A stretch of DNA of 63,447 bases, filler included, from Choristocarpus tenellus KU-1152 (lineage: Eukaryota; Protista; Phaeophyceae): NCBI GenBank assembly GCA_964200185.2. It is 11 parts of 11 records of this genome, joined end to end, with 100 filler letters (N's around TTAATTAATTAA, not from the genome) between each part and the next. Parts side by side here need not be neighbours in the genome. Positions count along the whole stretch, not along the records: positions 3,251 to 15,189 come from CAXNAD020002058.1; positions 15,290 to 18,984 come from CAXNAD020018462.1; positions 19,085 to 22,539 come from CAXNAD020019921.1; positions 22,640 to 25,667 come from CAXNAD020022837.1; positions 25,768 to 43,362 come from CAXNAD020000657.1; 6 more parts are not named here. One strand, written 5' to 3'. This document shows positions 13,907 to 25,900 of this stretch, one piece after another. Each line of letters begins with the position of its first letter. The first letter of the stretch is position 1. A program made the translations under genes and the position numbers. The notes under the pieces were generated by a model, which worked only from the letters and a program-made list of their open reading frames with translations, was not told the DNA's origin and ran no database searches.

Positions 13907-14191
13907 GGTAGTGCTTGCGAAAAACTTCCCCTCCCTTGTTCCTCTCCGTCATTCGGAAGGCTGGCCACTTGCGTCCGAAAGGAATCCAAACGGATCCAGT
14001 TTAGAAGGTGGGTGATTTTGTGCCCTCCTCATGATAGACACCATCACAAAACTGAGCACTGTTGAAAACACAACACAATCACAGTATGCATTGCAACACA
14101 GTAACATTAACATAAAGGTAGTTAGCTTCAAAAAAGGAATTTGGGCAGAGAACCGTTTCGCTGTGGTATGGGTTCATACTATTATTTCGAA

Positions 14192-14614
14192 ATAGTCAAA
14201 CACGACCTGGAAGTGGTGTTGTAATAGCGACACTCCCATAGTGATCTACATACATATTATCCTAACCCTTGTACTATCTTGTGTTGCCTTTTGGGGTTAG
14301 GGCTAGGTTCAGGGCCACATGTGCGTATATAATATAGTCAAACACGACCTGGAAGTGGTGTTGTAATAGCGACACTCCCATAGTGATCTACATACATATT
14401 ATCCTAACCCTTGTACTATCTTGTGTTGCCTTTTGGGGTTAGGGCTAGGTTCAGGGTCACATGTGCGTATATAATATAGTCAAACACGACCTGGAAGTGG
14501 TGTTGTAATAACGACACTCCCATAGTGATCTACATACATATTATCCTAACCCTTGTACTATCTTGTGTTGCCTTTTGGGGTTAGGGCTAGGTTTAGGGTC
14601 ACATGCGCGTATAT
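14192..14614. repeat. Tandem repeat, 142 bp x 3, near-identical
   Basis: tagtcaaacacgacctgg occurs at 14193, 14335 and 14477. Each unit carries cctaaccct and ggggttagggctagg. Confidence 0.95.
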
Positions 14615-15518
14615 AGAAGGGGATCTGGTCGTCACCCCATCCCTTCCGTCGTGTTGGAACCTAACTATTTTATATTTTAAAACATGCGTGTTTCGGGGGA
14701 ATTTGATCAAGGATGTTTGTAGAGACATCTCCATCAAATACCCCACTCGTATGACTTATTCTGACCTTTTCCCTATCTGAAAAACACCCCCTAATCCCTA
14801 AAAATACGAACAGGATAGATTTCACCCAATAAATGTGTCACCCCTATAATATCCAGTGAAGCTCTCACTTATTTTATCACAAGGAAGAAGAAATCGAATG
14901 AACATGTCAATATTTGTCAATGTTGAGTACGTAAATGAGAAGTGGAAGATACAACTGCTTAAAAACAAAAATCAAGATACAGTAGGTGCCCCTATTTTGG
15001 GCCAAATATTATGAACCAAATCGAAAAATATGTCATTTTGTACCACTTTTTTCAATATGCTCCAAAAATATACTTTTGTACCGAAATTATCGTATTCGGG
15101 CGATTTGGCACAAAATCCCGGAGATATTCACGCGAGTTTGGCGCGCGCGCAAAAAATTATCGCGAAAAGTGCCTTTCTTCCTGAGTCATNNNNNNNNNNN
15201 NNNNNNNNNNNNNNNNNNNNNNNNNNNNNNNNNTTAATTAATTAANNNNNNNNNNNNNNNNNNNNNNNNNNNNNNNNNNNNNNNNNNNNGACCCTTTGAC
15301 ATAGATGATAGGGAGGGGAGAGACCACATTGGAAGGGGTGCTTGCATCCACCCTTGCTGTTCTGGTGTGTTGTGTGTTAAGTGCAACATTGCGATAGGGG
15401 CTTTTTGTCACCATATGAACATTCCCCTGTCTCTGTGAGGAAGGTTGTTTCCCTAGACCTTCCTGCTCTCTGTTGACCTCTGTTGTACCTTGACTGTAAT
15501 CATACACTCCCAATCAAG

Positions 15519-16598
15519 GGTCGCAATGTTCTGGTCAACTTGATACCATACAATCCTACATTTGCGACTGGCACGGCTGAGTTCAAGGAGCCCACTGAGG
15601 AAGCACTCCAGGCCTTCCGAGAAGTAGTTGCGAAATATGGGCTACTTGTGACCATTCGGAGGTGGGTTACTTACCTATTTTTGGTGAGGGGATAAAATTG
15701 GGTTGGTTGCACTGTGATATGTTCATACTATTTGAGGTTCCCTGACTCATAGCAAATATATACTTTAGAGTACATGTAATACATCTGTACTGCACAGTGT
15801 CGCATACATGTTTGAGCATAGCAGTATGGGCAGCTATCGATTTTGGAATGGTCTATCTGATTTGGAGGAAGATTATCCTATTTTTTCTACATGAAGGTAC
15901 TGGATACGCCCAAGCTGGGAAATAGTTTGGAATATACTGTGGCCACAATTCCATTGTGGAACCTTTGCATGGGTTTTCTATCTCAATTTTGTGATGGACC
16001 CTATGTTTTTGTGATGTCCCATTCTTGGTCTATTTCCTTTGCCCCTTCATTTATAGTACTCATACTTTGCTTGCTCAAAAGAAGTCCAGGGCATAATGCC
16101 CCAAATATAAACATACCCAGCACTTCCAATGTTTTTTTCCCTTGAACTTCATGGCATTTTGATTTTGCCAGACACCACGGGAGGGACATTGACGGAGCAT
16201 GTGGGCAGCTAGCCCTCAAAACCACAAGTGATTGTGGAAGTGGTGGGGAGAAGGGGGACAATGCATCCAAAGGGGCAGCTGTTGGTGACATTGAGGATGT
16301 CGTGCCTGGTGGGGGTGGCAAGCGGGGTGTTGCCAAGTCACGTGGAGTTGCTGGAGCCAGCAGACGAGGACGAGGGTCGATGGCACCATCTGAAGGGACA
16401 CCAGGCTCCAAGTTGACAAACGGAACGCCAGCTGGATGTGACAGCAACAGAGATAGTGGGACAGACGGCTCAAAAAACCCAATACTCCCAATATGGCCTG
16501 TGTTGGCAGTGTCTGCAGTGGCTATTTTGGGATTGGGAACTGTGGCATTAATACTGTTCTCTCGAACCAAGGGACGGGGAGGAGCCCGCAGCTCATGA
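15519..16598 (+). CDS. rlmN: RlmN/Cfr-family radical SAM RNA methyltransferase, last two exons (5' part off-contig)
   Basis: Exons 15519-15661 and 16172-16598 splice to VNLIPYNP...VTIRRHHGRDIDGACGQLA, the RlmN C-terminal signature with its catalytic Cys. This is followed by DIEDV, a Gly/Arg-rich linker and a hydrophobic tail. Confidence 0.9.
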
Positions 16599-17648
16599 GA
16601 TCCCTCATCTTCTTGTCCCTTCCTGGGTGGTCGTAGTTATGTCAGAGACTAAGGGACTTGTTGATATCAGGTAGCTGACGTTAGTACCACCAGAAAACAC
16701 TGAATGTACAACTCCAACGGTTCCTGTGGGATACAACCACCTTGTCCGCAGTTGGATACATGTGTAGGTGACTCTAGAATTCGATTTTGTGTTCTCACAG
16801 TTACACACTTGGGAGGGGCTTTGGTGGATGTATAATATTGTGTCCTTGCCATAAATAATTGTGTCAACCTCTTTTTTCATTTCTACTCTGTTAACACTGA
16901 GTAGAGCCTTGTGTGTCCTTACGTTATAATTGTCAGAAATTCCTTTGCCTAGTGTATTTATCTCTGAACTGAAGTGCAACAGTGCTAAACTGTATTGTTC
17001 CGAGTGTTTTGCTTGCTAGATCTTCATTGTGTGCACATGAAGACTCCCTCTTTGCATCTTGTACCATGTTTTTTTGTTGTCACCTCTGGGCGAGAAACAT
17101 CTTAGAAAAACTGCCCTTTGACATGTGTGTAACAGAGGATTTGTTGCTCAATCCTGAAGAGTACTTGACATACAGATCCTGTGCATCAAGTCCAGTCACA
17201 GCGTGCATCACACCGTGGGGAGGTATTGCTGCAAGTGTGACATACACAAGACAGATCAAAGTAACTAATTTATACCCTGGTGTTGTCCACAAGGTGAAGA
17301 GAGGGAGATAAAGATGCTTTGGGGCTATCAAGTAGGCGATATACTCTGCAGCCCAAATTCCCACAGAAACCTTTTGCATACCCTTAAAAAAAATATATAT
17401 ATATTTCAAAAATCGCTCCCCAACACTCCGTGCCACAGTGCCCAAGGAATGTTACTCCTCAAGTCACCTATTGATATCATGTATCATTTCTATACCTTGA
17501 TGCACTGATGCCTCCATGTCTTTATATCTCGACATCTTGCTGTATGTATGGTACCTATCTATGCATGCGTGTGCGTATAAACGTATACACACACACACTC
17601 ACACACGTAAATAGATGCAAAGATACAGGAATAGAGAAAAAGATACAA

Positions 17649-17835
17649 GGCTTAAGGTATCTGGGGAGGGTGGCGGCTGTCCATTTGGGGTCAAATTTTT
17701 AATGTCGCGATCTTTAGGTGATTTGGTTGCATGTATGTGTCGGATGGACAATGCAAGCACACTTTTCCTGGTTACGACCTAAATGGACACGCCCTGGTGT
17801 AGGTTCCGCCCCCCCCCCCACAGATACTTTGGGTC
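17649..17835. mobile_element. MITE, short family, full length
   Basis: GGCTTAAGGTATCT...AGATACTTTGGGTC; colinear with 58529-58708; no matching TSD. Confidence 0.85.
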
Positions 17836-18935
17836 TCCTGTGACCTGTTCGTGGCCTTATGGACAACGCAGGAAGGGGGGGAACAACTACTTCACTGTTG
17901 GTTTCTTGGAAGGACTGTTGTTGGAAGGTGTAAGCTATATAGACTATTGATGTTACCTGTTTCGTTGTATTCTCCGACTTCTATGTCGCACCTTTTCACA
18001 CTCTATACAACACCTATCTGCAAAAAAATGTCATTAGGCATAAAAATAGCTGCTAGAAAGTATTAATATACATCAGGCGTTCAATATCTCCAACAATACC
18101 ACACAAGTATTGGTACATGCTGAGACACGAAACCAACTACACCCATACTAGGAATCTGTAATATATTGGTATTAAAATGGCTATTACTGCTAGAAACAGA
18201 GTGGAGGATACTTGTACCTATCGTCAGGCTCTCCTCCTTCCATAATACGTACCTTTGTAGTTACTGATGATGCTGCAGATCCCGAATACACTGAGGATGT
18301 GGAGAACTCAGCAGGCAGCGTGGCAAAGTCGGAGGGTCAGCAAAGAAAAAACAGGCACTGAAGTAAGAGTTTTTGATCATACCCTGGTCGGTGATCCAAC
18401 CCCATGTTCTAATATAATGTACCCTATGTCCGATAGCATCCATATAGGCAGATATCAGATTCCACTACCACAGCTCTAGGGTAGATACTGTAGAACAGGA
18501 CGCGTACTCTGTGGAATTGTGGGGAAATATTCGTAAAATCATATGTGAGAGCATAGAAAGGATTGTGGTTATTAGATACATTTCTTTATCAACCAACCTG
18601 GCAACAACAATATTGTCGTATCTCAATGTTCGACAAAATCAGAGTATCTAAATATCTATTATATCAATTTCATTTAGGTTGCTCCCATTGGGCATGCATA
18701 CAGTGCAAATACTATATTGTTTAGGCAGCACAGGAAGTCAAGCAAAAGGGAAGAAAAAAATATACATTTTCATCATCGGTACGTGTTTGATGGCGCTGAG
18801 AACAGGCACAGTTAGCTTTGATGCAGAAAGAGGCAGAGCACTGAACCTGGTAGTAAGTGAAATAATGGACAATGATGCATGGATGCAGATGATGGATCAA
18901 GACACCGAGTTGCTGGACGATACTAGGGGGCTGAA

Positions 18936-18984
18936 AACCCAAAGTATCTGGGGGGGGGGGGCGTCTACACCAGGGGGTCCATTT
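18936..18984. mobile_element. Short-family MITE end truncated by contig edge
   Basis: cccaaagtatct plus poly-G. Similar truncated ends at 22-45, 19085-19140, 22521-22539, 25599-25667, 25768-25788, 45944-46043, 49176-49195 and 59978-60021. Confidence 0.85.
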
Positions 18985-20400
18985 NNNNNNNNNNNNNNNN
19001 NNNNNNNNNNNNNNNNNNNNNNNNNNNNTTAATTAATTAANNNNNNNNNNNNNNNNNNNNNNNNNNNNNNNNNNNNNNNNNNNNTCCAGGGTCCAAAATG
19101 GACAACGGCCCCCCCCCCCCCCCCCCAGATACTTTGATCCCAGTAGTCTTATTGAAGAGAAGTAGGACGGCATATTCTGTGTGTACTAGCACTATGGGGC
19201 CTGCAAGTATGCAGCTGCTGTTGTTTATGTTCATGTGTGAATTTGAAATAGAACTTTCAGCTACTGCTAGAGGAGTTGCACCAGGCTTAGTACAGGTGAC
19301 TGTGTGAAGAGAATTCTTGCAACTCCAAACCTTTCCTAGTGTATGATTAATAATAGTTGTGGTAGCCTTGGCAAGAACCCTTGTTAGTGCTGTCCCAGCC
19401 ATCCTTGATCATTAGTGTCGATGTCACCAATTGTGTTTGATTCTGGTCTAGCTTATTTTGTACTGTTGTGGAGGTGGGAAGGACTGCCAGTAAAGAGGTT
19501 GAAAGATGGGCTGATTGGTGTGTACAAGGCAGGTCTGTCGTTGTGAGAGGAGGCATTTGTCATGGCAAGGTTGGTTTGTGTGCGTATGTTTTATGCAAAA
19601 AAAATATGTAATTGTGGTGTTGGGATGTCTTTGGGGCAGTGACAGGCAAATGAGTAACGTGGAGATCCTTTCCGAACAATATATGTGTTGAGACCATCTG
19701 ATTGTACTCCTTGTCCTTGCCCTTTGATGCATTTACTCTGACTTACTGTTGCAATGATCCCTTGGAGTCCTCATGTGGCAGAGCGCAACATTGCCTTTGG
19801 TTACAAATTTGCGTATGCTCACTGAGAATTTGGTAATATTGAGAAGAGATTCTATGATTGTGTGGAGTAGTTGTCCTACCCTCAACAGATGGTAGAACAC
19901 TATGGTTTGAATAGGGTATCTTTTTAGTTGGCGGTATGATACGTCTACTTATGAAACTGTTAATGGTATAAATAGAGTTTCAGAAGCAATCAGGAGATAA
20001 TTGTAACATCGTGCAGCTCCACTGAATGTTGGATTCTTAGTTAGCGGAAATTGATAAATTTCCAGAGTAGTTGACAGTCTGCCGGCTAAAAAGGGCCTGT
20101 TTGGAAACACTGTTAGAACATGTGTCAAATGTTGGATAACTATTTCGTCCTTCCTCATTTACCCACCCATCCAATGTACCATGGCAATGTACATGACCAA
20201 GTCCTCCTACCCCATGGCAATCTTAACAAAAGCGCAGTCAGTGCTGACAATATGATCTTGCATGAGGAATTACATTGCACTATGCACCCACACCATGTAC
20301 TAATAACCCAGTTTTATGGATACTGTGCCTGCCTGCCTGTGTTTTATTGTTGCTGTACTTTTTTTTTTCTTTTGACTGTTTCTTGTACATGCACAAACAG

Positions 20401-20502
20401 GAATTGCTCCAGTTCTTTGACCGAACACTGGTGGAACCCTGTGACACCTCCAAGAAGGAACCTACAATGGGATTCACCCCGGATTACTCTGCCCCGTCGT
20501 AG
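20401..20502 (+). CDS. Possible terminal exon of an unidentified gene (ELLQFFDRTLVEPCD...SAPS*)
   Basis: Pyrimidine tract and aaacag acceptor followed by a short protein-like frame. No family recognised and no upstream exon found. Confidence 0.3.
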   Translation, partial: ELLQFFDRTLVEPCDTSKKEPTMGFTPDYSAPS

Positions 20503-21864
20503 GGAAATGCTGGAATGGGAGGCACTGGGTGCCAAGTTGTAATTTATTTTCCGCGCCCTTACAGGGATAGGGTCATTTTCTTTGCCTACTTTGTGACAAA
20601 TGCAAACTGTCATTTTTAGCATTATGTACATGATGTGTGATGGGGTAGAGCACTTCTGGTAGGAGAGCATTGAGGAGAGCCATGCCCCTGAAGTCGGCCA
20701 TCTCATTTTGGTGACCCAATCATTTCTGGGGTATGCTACTAATACACTGTATTGGTTGTTTTTTAGTTGCCTGTGTGATTCCAAGGAACTAAGTGAGAGA
20801 AGGAGGTGTAGGTACATGTGGAGGGGATAGACAAGAGGCCCAAGAGGCTTTGCGTGTTTTGACTCATTGTCTAAGGCGCGTAATTTGCTTGACCATTTTA
20901 TTTTTTTCCTAGTGGGATGTTCCATGTATCTTGTGAGAGAAGAAGAGACTGGGGCAGAGGGGGGGTGGGAGTTTGATGGTGATTTGCCCTGTTGCGGGTA
21001 ATTTGAGGTGTTGAAAGGTGTTGAAAGGTGTGGTGATATGATGATATGCCTTGGGTTGTCTTGTTTTGTCATTTATCGGTTACCATGCGACTCTGCCACC
21101 TGCCATCATCAGGTAGATCTTCCTATAGATGTTTTATCAATTTATGGGGTAAGCAGGTATTTATATAAGATGGAAAACACTTTTGTTTTTTCTATTTAAT
21201 TGTTCGTAAGGATAAAAAAATATTTATGTTGAGGGGTCGGCTTAGTCAATCAAGTGCATTACCCGTGGGGTCAATTGTAGGGGATAGGGGAGAGGTATGA
21301 CATAATATTTTTGGTGTGGTAGGATCGAAGCATATATAGTAACACATGCCACATTCTTGGGGGGGATTTGCTGAGTTGTGATGCATGGTGCATGGACGAA
21401 TGAACCATACCACCTTGGATTGCATACATGGACGAAGTAAGCCTCACAAAAGCAAGAGGAAGAATCACCAAGCGATGGATATAGAGGGGGCAATTTTATG
21501 GATTTTGTTCCAGGTTTGGATGAAGTTTTGTGTGCAGTTCTTAGATTATGCGCATGTTTTTGAATTGATCATTTTGTCAATATTTTGTCTCAGCAATCTG
21601 TTTTTTCTCCTCTCAGTGTATGGAGATAGCAGCCAGTGGCAGGGAGAAAGGGGGACATGAAGACGGTTATGATATGCGAAGGAGTGCGTCAATACCTTGA
21701 TTGAAGGCGCATGAAGGTTGTTTGGATTTAGGCAGAGTACAGAACAGTAGTACAGGAGTTCGTGTCGCACAAACACGCTGTATACAGATACATACATTTC
21801 CATGGGTCTGCCAGGCGTTTATTACCAGGACCAGTAAAGCACTGGTTAGAGAAAATTGAGTCTC

Positions 21865-22090
21865 TGAACCAAGTCAGTTGAGAGGTAGGCAGGTTTCGAC
21901 CCCTTTTACATTCTAAGCCATCTTTCTTGCCCTATGGAATAATACTCTTATTCCATTTGCATGATGCGCAAAATAGTGTATGCAAATAAATGTTTCCCCT
22001 TCACACATACAAAGTGGTACCACAATTCAGCAGAGACTCTTTCTGCACTTGTCGTACAAAATGGCATATTTATACTTAATATGCAACCTT
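21865..22090. repeat. Dispersed repeat family R, partial copy
   Basis: gagaggtaggcaggtttcgacccctttt...cattctaagccatctttctt matches the sequence from 12570 onward. Confidence 0.75.
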
Positions 22091-24356
22091 GCATGACTGT
22101 TGTTTTGACTCTTTCTTGAGCGAAGAAAGGGATTCGATTGCTTCTTGCTTCTTGAAACAAAATAAGGCAATCGTCCAAGTTCCTTCTGTGCACCAAGTTG
22201 GTTTTGTGTTTTTTCAAGGTATCACAAACTATTGTTGGTTCATTGGGACGCCTTTCATTGTAGAAAACAATTAGACTATTGTCATGTCCGTTTTGTTCTG
22301 TGTGCCTTTTTTGTATGTTGCTTCTTGTTCCTCCCATGACATATCGGTCGTAAATATATACTTTCTCCATTCGGAATTATATAGAACATAACTTTTCCAG
22401 TCCCAATGAAGAAGCAAGATTTTTTTTCACACGTTCATATTTTATGGGTGTATTGTACAGACACTTAAAGGTTGCCCACCAAAATCTCAAGCAAAATAGG
22501 GCAACACACACTGATCTATGGGGTCAAAGTATCTTGGGGNNNNNNNNNNNNNNNNNNNNNNNNNNNNNNNNNNNNNNNNNNNNTTAATTAATTAANNNNN
22601 NNNNNNNNNNNNNNNNNNNNNNNNNNNNNNNNNNNNNNNCCCTACCATGCTAATGCAGTCGCCTTTTTGAGTACAACAAGCCGCTGAGCGTGTCGCAATG
22701 TTCTGTGCTTGTCTTGACTTTTTGTATGAAAGTTCAGTCGTTTCACCCCCTCGTCACCCCGTTTCCTCCCTCCAATCTAGTGAGTACTCCCTCCGTCTGA
22801 TGCATCTTCGCCGTCGCAATCCAAATCTTTCTGGGGATTCCTTTTTTTAATGTGGTATAGCAAAATGTTTGAAGTACACAGACAGGTACACTTTCCTAAT
22901 GCACTTTCCTGGTGGTCCATTGAAGTCTTATTTCCTTTGTAAAAGTTCTACCCTCCGCAACTAGTGTTCGAACCCTGACCAACGATCACCTGACGTACTT
23001 GGAGAACCTTCTTGCATTTGTTTAAGAGTGTGTGCAATCTACTTTTCGATCACACATCTGGGATCCCTCCAGGAAATTTGAAGACATCCACTAGTTTCTC
23101 TCCCATCCACCTTGCTTTCGTTTTCCATCTGCAACCTCCCCAAACATCAATTTTTCGGTAAGTTGGTCTTGTCCCATCCAGCCTGCAACTATCCCTGGAC
23201 AATCGTCTCGATATTCTCACGTCCAGTCTTCTTTACAAGGGCATCTTATTATGTGGCAGGACAATAACAGCCGATTCATTAAAAAAAAAATCATGTCGAC
23301 ACTTTATCCCAGTCAATTTTGGGTCAAGCCCATCCTCAATGAAAAGCTCCATCCTCAATTTTTGAAATCGGCTGTTCAATGTGTGACATGGTAATTGTCC
23401 GTTCCAATTTGTGAAATCTGGTGGAACGAAAAGAGGAATTGGCGATGATGGGGACGAATCTTAATGTAGTGGACTTGATGGAATGTCTATGCCTTAAACC
23501 ATTCAATGGAGTCCACCTTGAGCATTCGGATGTTTAGTTTAAGTCATACTAACCCTAACCCTAACTGAGGTCCTCCAAAAGGAGTGTTAGGGTGTATTTT
23601 CGGAAACAACTCCAACCTTTTTTAGACTCTGCACGTAATCTTGGTAGATAGGAGCTTCATCGGTCATGGTTTTTCCAACGAATATTATTTTAACAGTAGT
23701 CAATCCCATTTGTATCTCCCATTTTCAAGTTAAATTTCTCGATTTTTGTAAAGAAACGATCTGATTGTAATGCTGGTCCAACGTGCCTGCGTGCATGATG
23801 TCTGCCATGTTCATGTGAGATCTAAGCCACAAGATCTCCGTCTTCATCTCCAACACAGTCAAAAACAATTTGGAAAAATGAAAGTTCACTATCATTATCT
23901 TCGTCAAAACCTCGTTGGGACCTAGACATAATGCTTGCTCTGTTCAAAAAGATAAGATATCCTCATGCGAAAAATTACACAATCGGATATGATATCTTAC
24001 CCGTGACTTTGTCGATGATGGTGGTGTTGGAACTACTGTTGTTACTACACTACCATTCTTTTTAGTTGGCGGCCTCAGGTGCATCACGAGCAGACTTCGT
24101 CTGTGGTAACACGAAATTAACCCCACTCCACTCGCTCAACGACACGACGCTGAACACTTCGTTGAAGTCAACATGTAAGCGGGTTGGGATGAGAGAGACG
24201 TATGTACATCCTGCAGTTATAGAGCGACCATGGTAGAGGGACCATGGTAGAGCGGCATGGCTGATTCCTTCATACGCTACTACTCCACTCTTGACAAATA
24301 CCACATTACTAACCATCAACTCCACTCCCACAGTGTTCACTACTGCCTCCGATATA

Positions 24357-24848
24357 ATGGCGCCATGCTGGACAGTCCTCATCTTACCACTTGTGGTCCA
24401 GGTCGCTAATGCAGCGTGTAACGGGTGCGGAATGCTCCAAGTTGGGCAAGTGTTCCAAGGGTCATTCACTAATGACATCTCCGTATCAGGAAACCTATGC
24501 TTTATTTTGGACGGTGCTCAGGTTTCTGGCTCTGTGCTGGCATCTGGAGGGGCCAAAGTTGTTACACAGGGCCTCACCACTATTTCGGGAAGTATTTCCG
24601 CTGAAGGAACCGGAAGTAGCCTCGACCTGATCTCTGTGACCTCATTGGGCGGCGTGTCCATGTCGCAAGCTGCCGATGTGTGCATTGGAGTAGGTGCAGA
24701 TGTCGGCGGCCTCAAGGTGGAGAATTCAGGCGAGGTGACTGTCGAAGGCACTGTGACAAATGTGGAGGTCAAGGAGTCGACGGGGTTCGTCACTCTGGAT
24801 GGCGCTACGGTCACAAACGGTGGGGTGAGTGTCGTCGGTAACGCGTAA
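24357..24848 (+). CDS. Putative secreted Gly/Val/Ser/Thr-rich beta-solenoid protein (163 aa)
   Basis: ATG at 24357. Signal-peptide-like MAPCWTVLILPLVVQVANA, then repeated V/I-x-G-x-V/I strand motifs (VSGSV, ISGSI, LGGV, VGGL, VEGTV). Coding-like composition and no introns. Confidence 0.7.
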   Translation: MAPCWTVLILPLVVQVANAACNGCGMLQVGQVFQGSFTNDISVSGNLCFILDGAQVSGSVLASGGAKVVTQGLTTISGSISAEGTGSSLDLISVTSLGGVSMSQAADVCIGVGADVGGLKVENSGEVTVEGTVTNVEVKESTGFVTLDGATVTNGGVSVVGNA

Positions 24849-25068
24849 ATCACTGTCGCAGCTGTGTGGTTCTCTCGACGATTGTGTAGTAGTGTTGTCC
24901 TGTGGTATCTGAGTTAATTCGCCGTCTGCAAGTCAACAACCAATACAATGAAATTCAAGTAAGCAAGGCAAGATAAAGTATATATAAATAGGATGCAGTA
25001 TGTGATATGTACGAAGCCAATGCGTAGATTATCTTGTTCTTGCTGTGTACTGACTGACGCCATAAAGT

Positions 25069-25327
25069 GAGTCAAAGTATCTTAGAGGGTAGAGCCGTGT
25101 CCATTTGGGGTCCAAAATCCAATGTTGCAATTTTGATGTAATTTTGGTTATCATGTTTGTTAGGAGATGTCAATATCCTTGTTCCGGACACACGTTTTCA
25201 TAACGTATACATTTTACCTACTCCAAAACATTTTGGAGTGGGTTTAATGTCATAAAAAACCCGTGGGAAGCCAAGTCCCAAATGGATAAAAAGGGAAAAA
25301 CTCATACCCTCTAAGATACTTTCACTC
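25069..25327. mobile_element. MITE, long family (259 bp), full length
   Basis: TIRs GAGTCAAAGTATCTTAGAGGGTA...TACCCTCTAAGATACTTTCACTC; TSD AAGT/AAGT. Confidence 0.93.
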
Positions 25328-25900
25328 AAGTAATACTCGTCTTCATTGAACTACCATACCTCCTAAAACTACTCTAAGTGCAATACTTGGGAATAAATAA
25401 CTCTGGTGGTGTACATAGACGAAAGCGCCCTGTAGCTATTGAATAATGGAGTAATACACCATCCTAACTGCATCGGTGACTGAGGGGATTGATATAAGCC
25501 AGGAAGCCTCCATGATGTACATCAAACGTAGTACCAACTACACTACAAGGAACGATTAGTACCTGACTTTCATGTGGAAACATACTCCTACTTCTCTTGG
25601 CTCAAATTATCTTGGAGGGGGTGGCGGCTGTCCATTTGGGGTCAATTTTTTCATGTCGCGATTTTTGNNNNNNNNNNNNNNNNNNNNNNNNNNNNNNNNN
25701 NNNNNNNNNNNTTAATTAATTAANNNNNNNNNNNNNNNNNNNNNNNNNNNNNNNNNNNNNNNNNNNNCCCCCTCAGATACTTTGAGTCAGTGCAAGGATG
25801 AGAGCAATCGCTAAACTAGATTGAACTGATCATCTGAGGTAAATCATTGTATGTCGGTTTGTGTCTGCATACCATGATGGAGTAGTATCATTGTTACACC

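Noticed and set aside
14192-14614. CRISPR-like array (also considered for 52256-52724 and 40506-40695)
   Set aside because: Units repeat in full with no unique spacers, there are no cas genes, and the context is eukaryotic.
16001-16570. 189-aa antisense ORF, and similar shadow ORFs over TCP11, E1-like and cyclase exons
   Set aside because: They overlap well-supported exons on the opposite strand or frame and show no motifs.
18936-19140. A single MITE spanning the linker, implying true contig adjacency (also 25599-25788)
   Set aside because: Outer flanks do not form a TSD (TGAA vs CAGT; TCTT vs AGTG). Contigs simply tend to break in these repeats (8 of 20 linker-facing ends).
23725-23907. 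LINE reverse-transcriptase remnant (KTEILWLR...QHYNQ)
   Set aside because: Resemblance too short and degenerate to call without a search.
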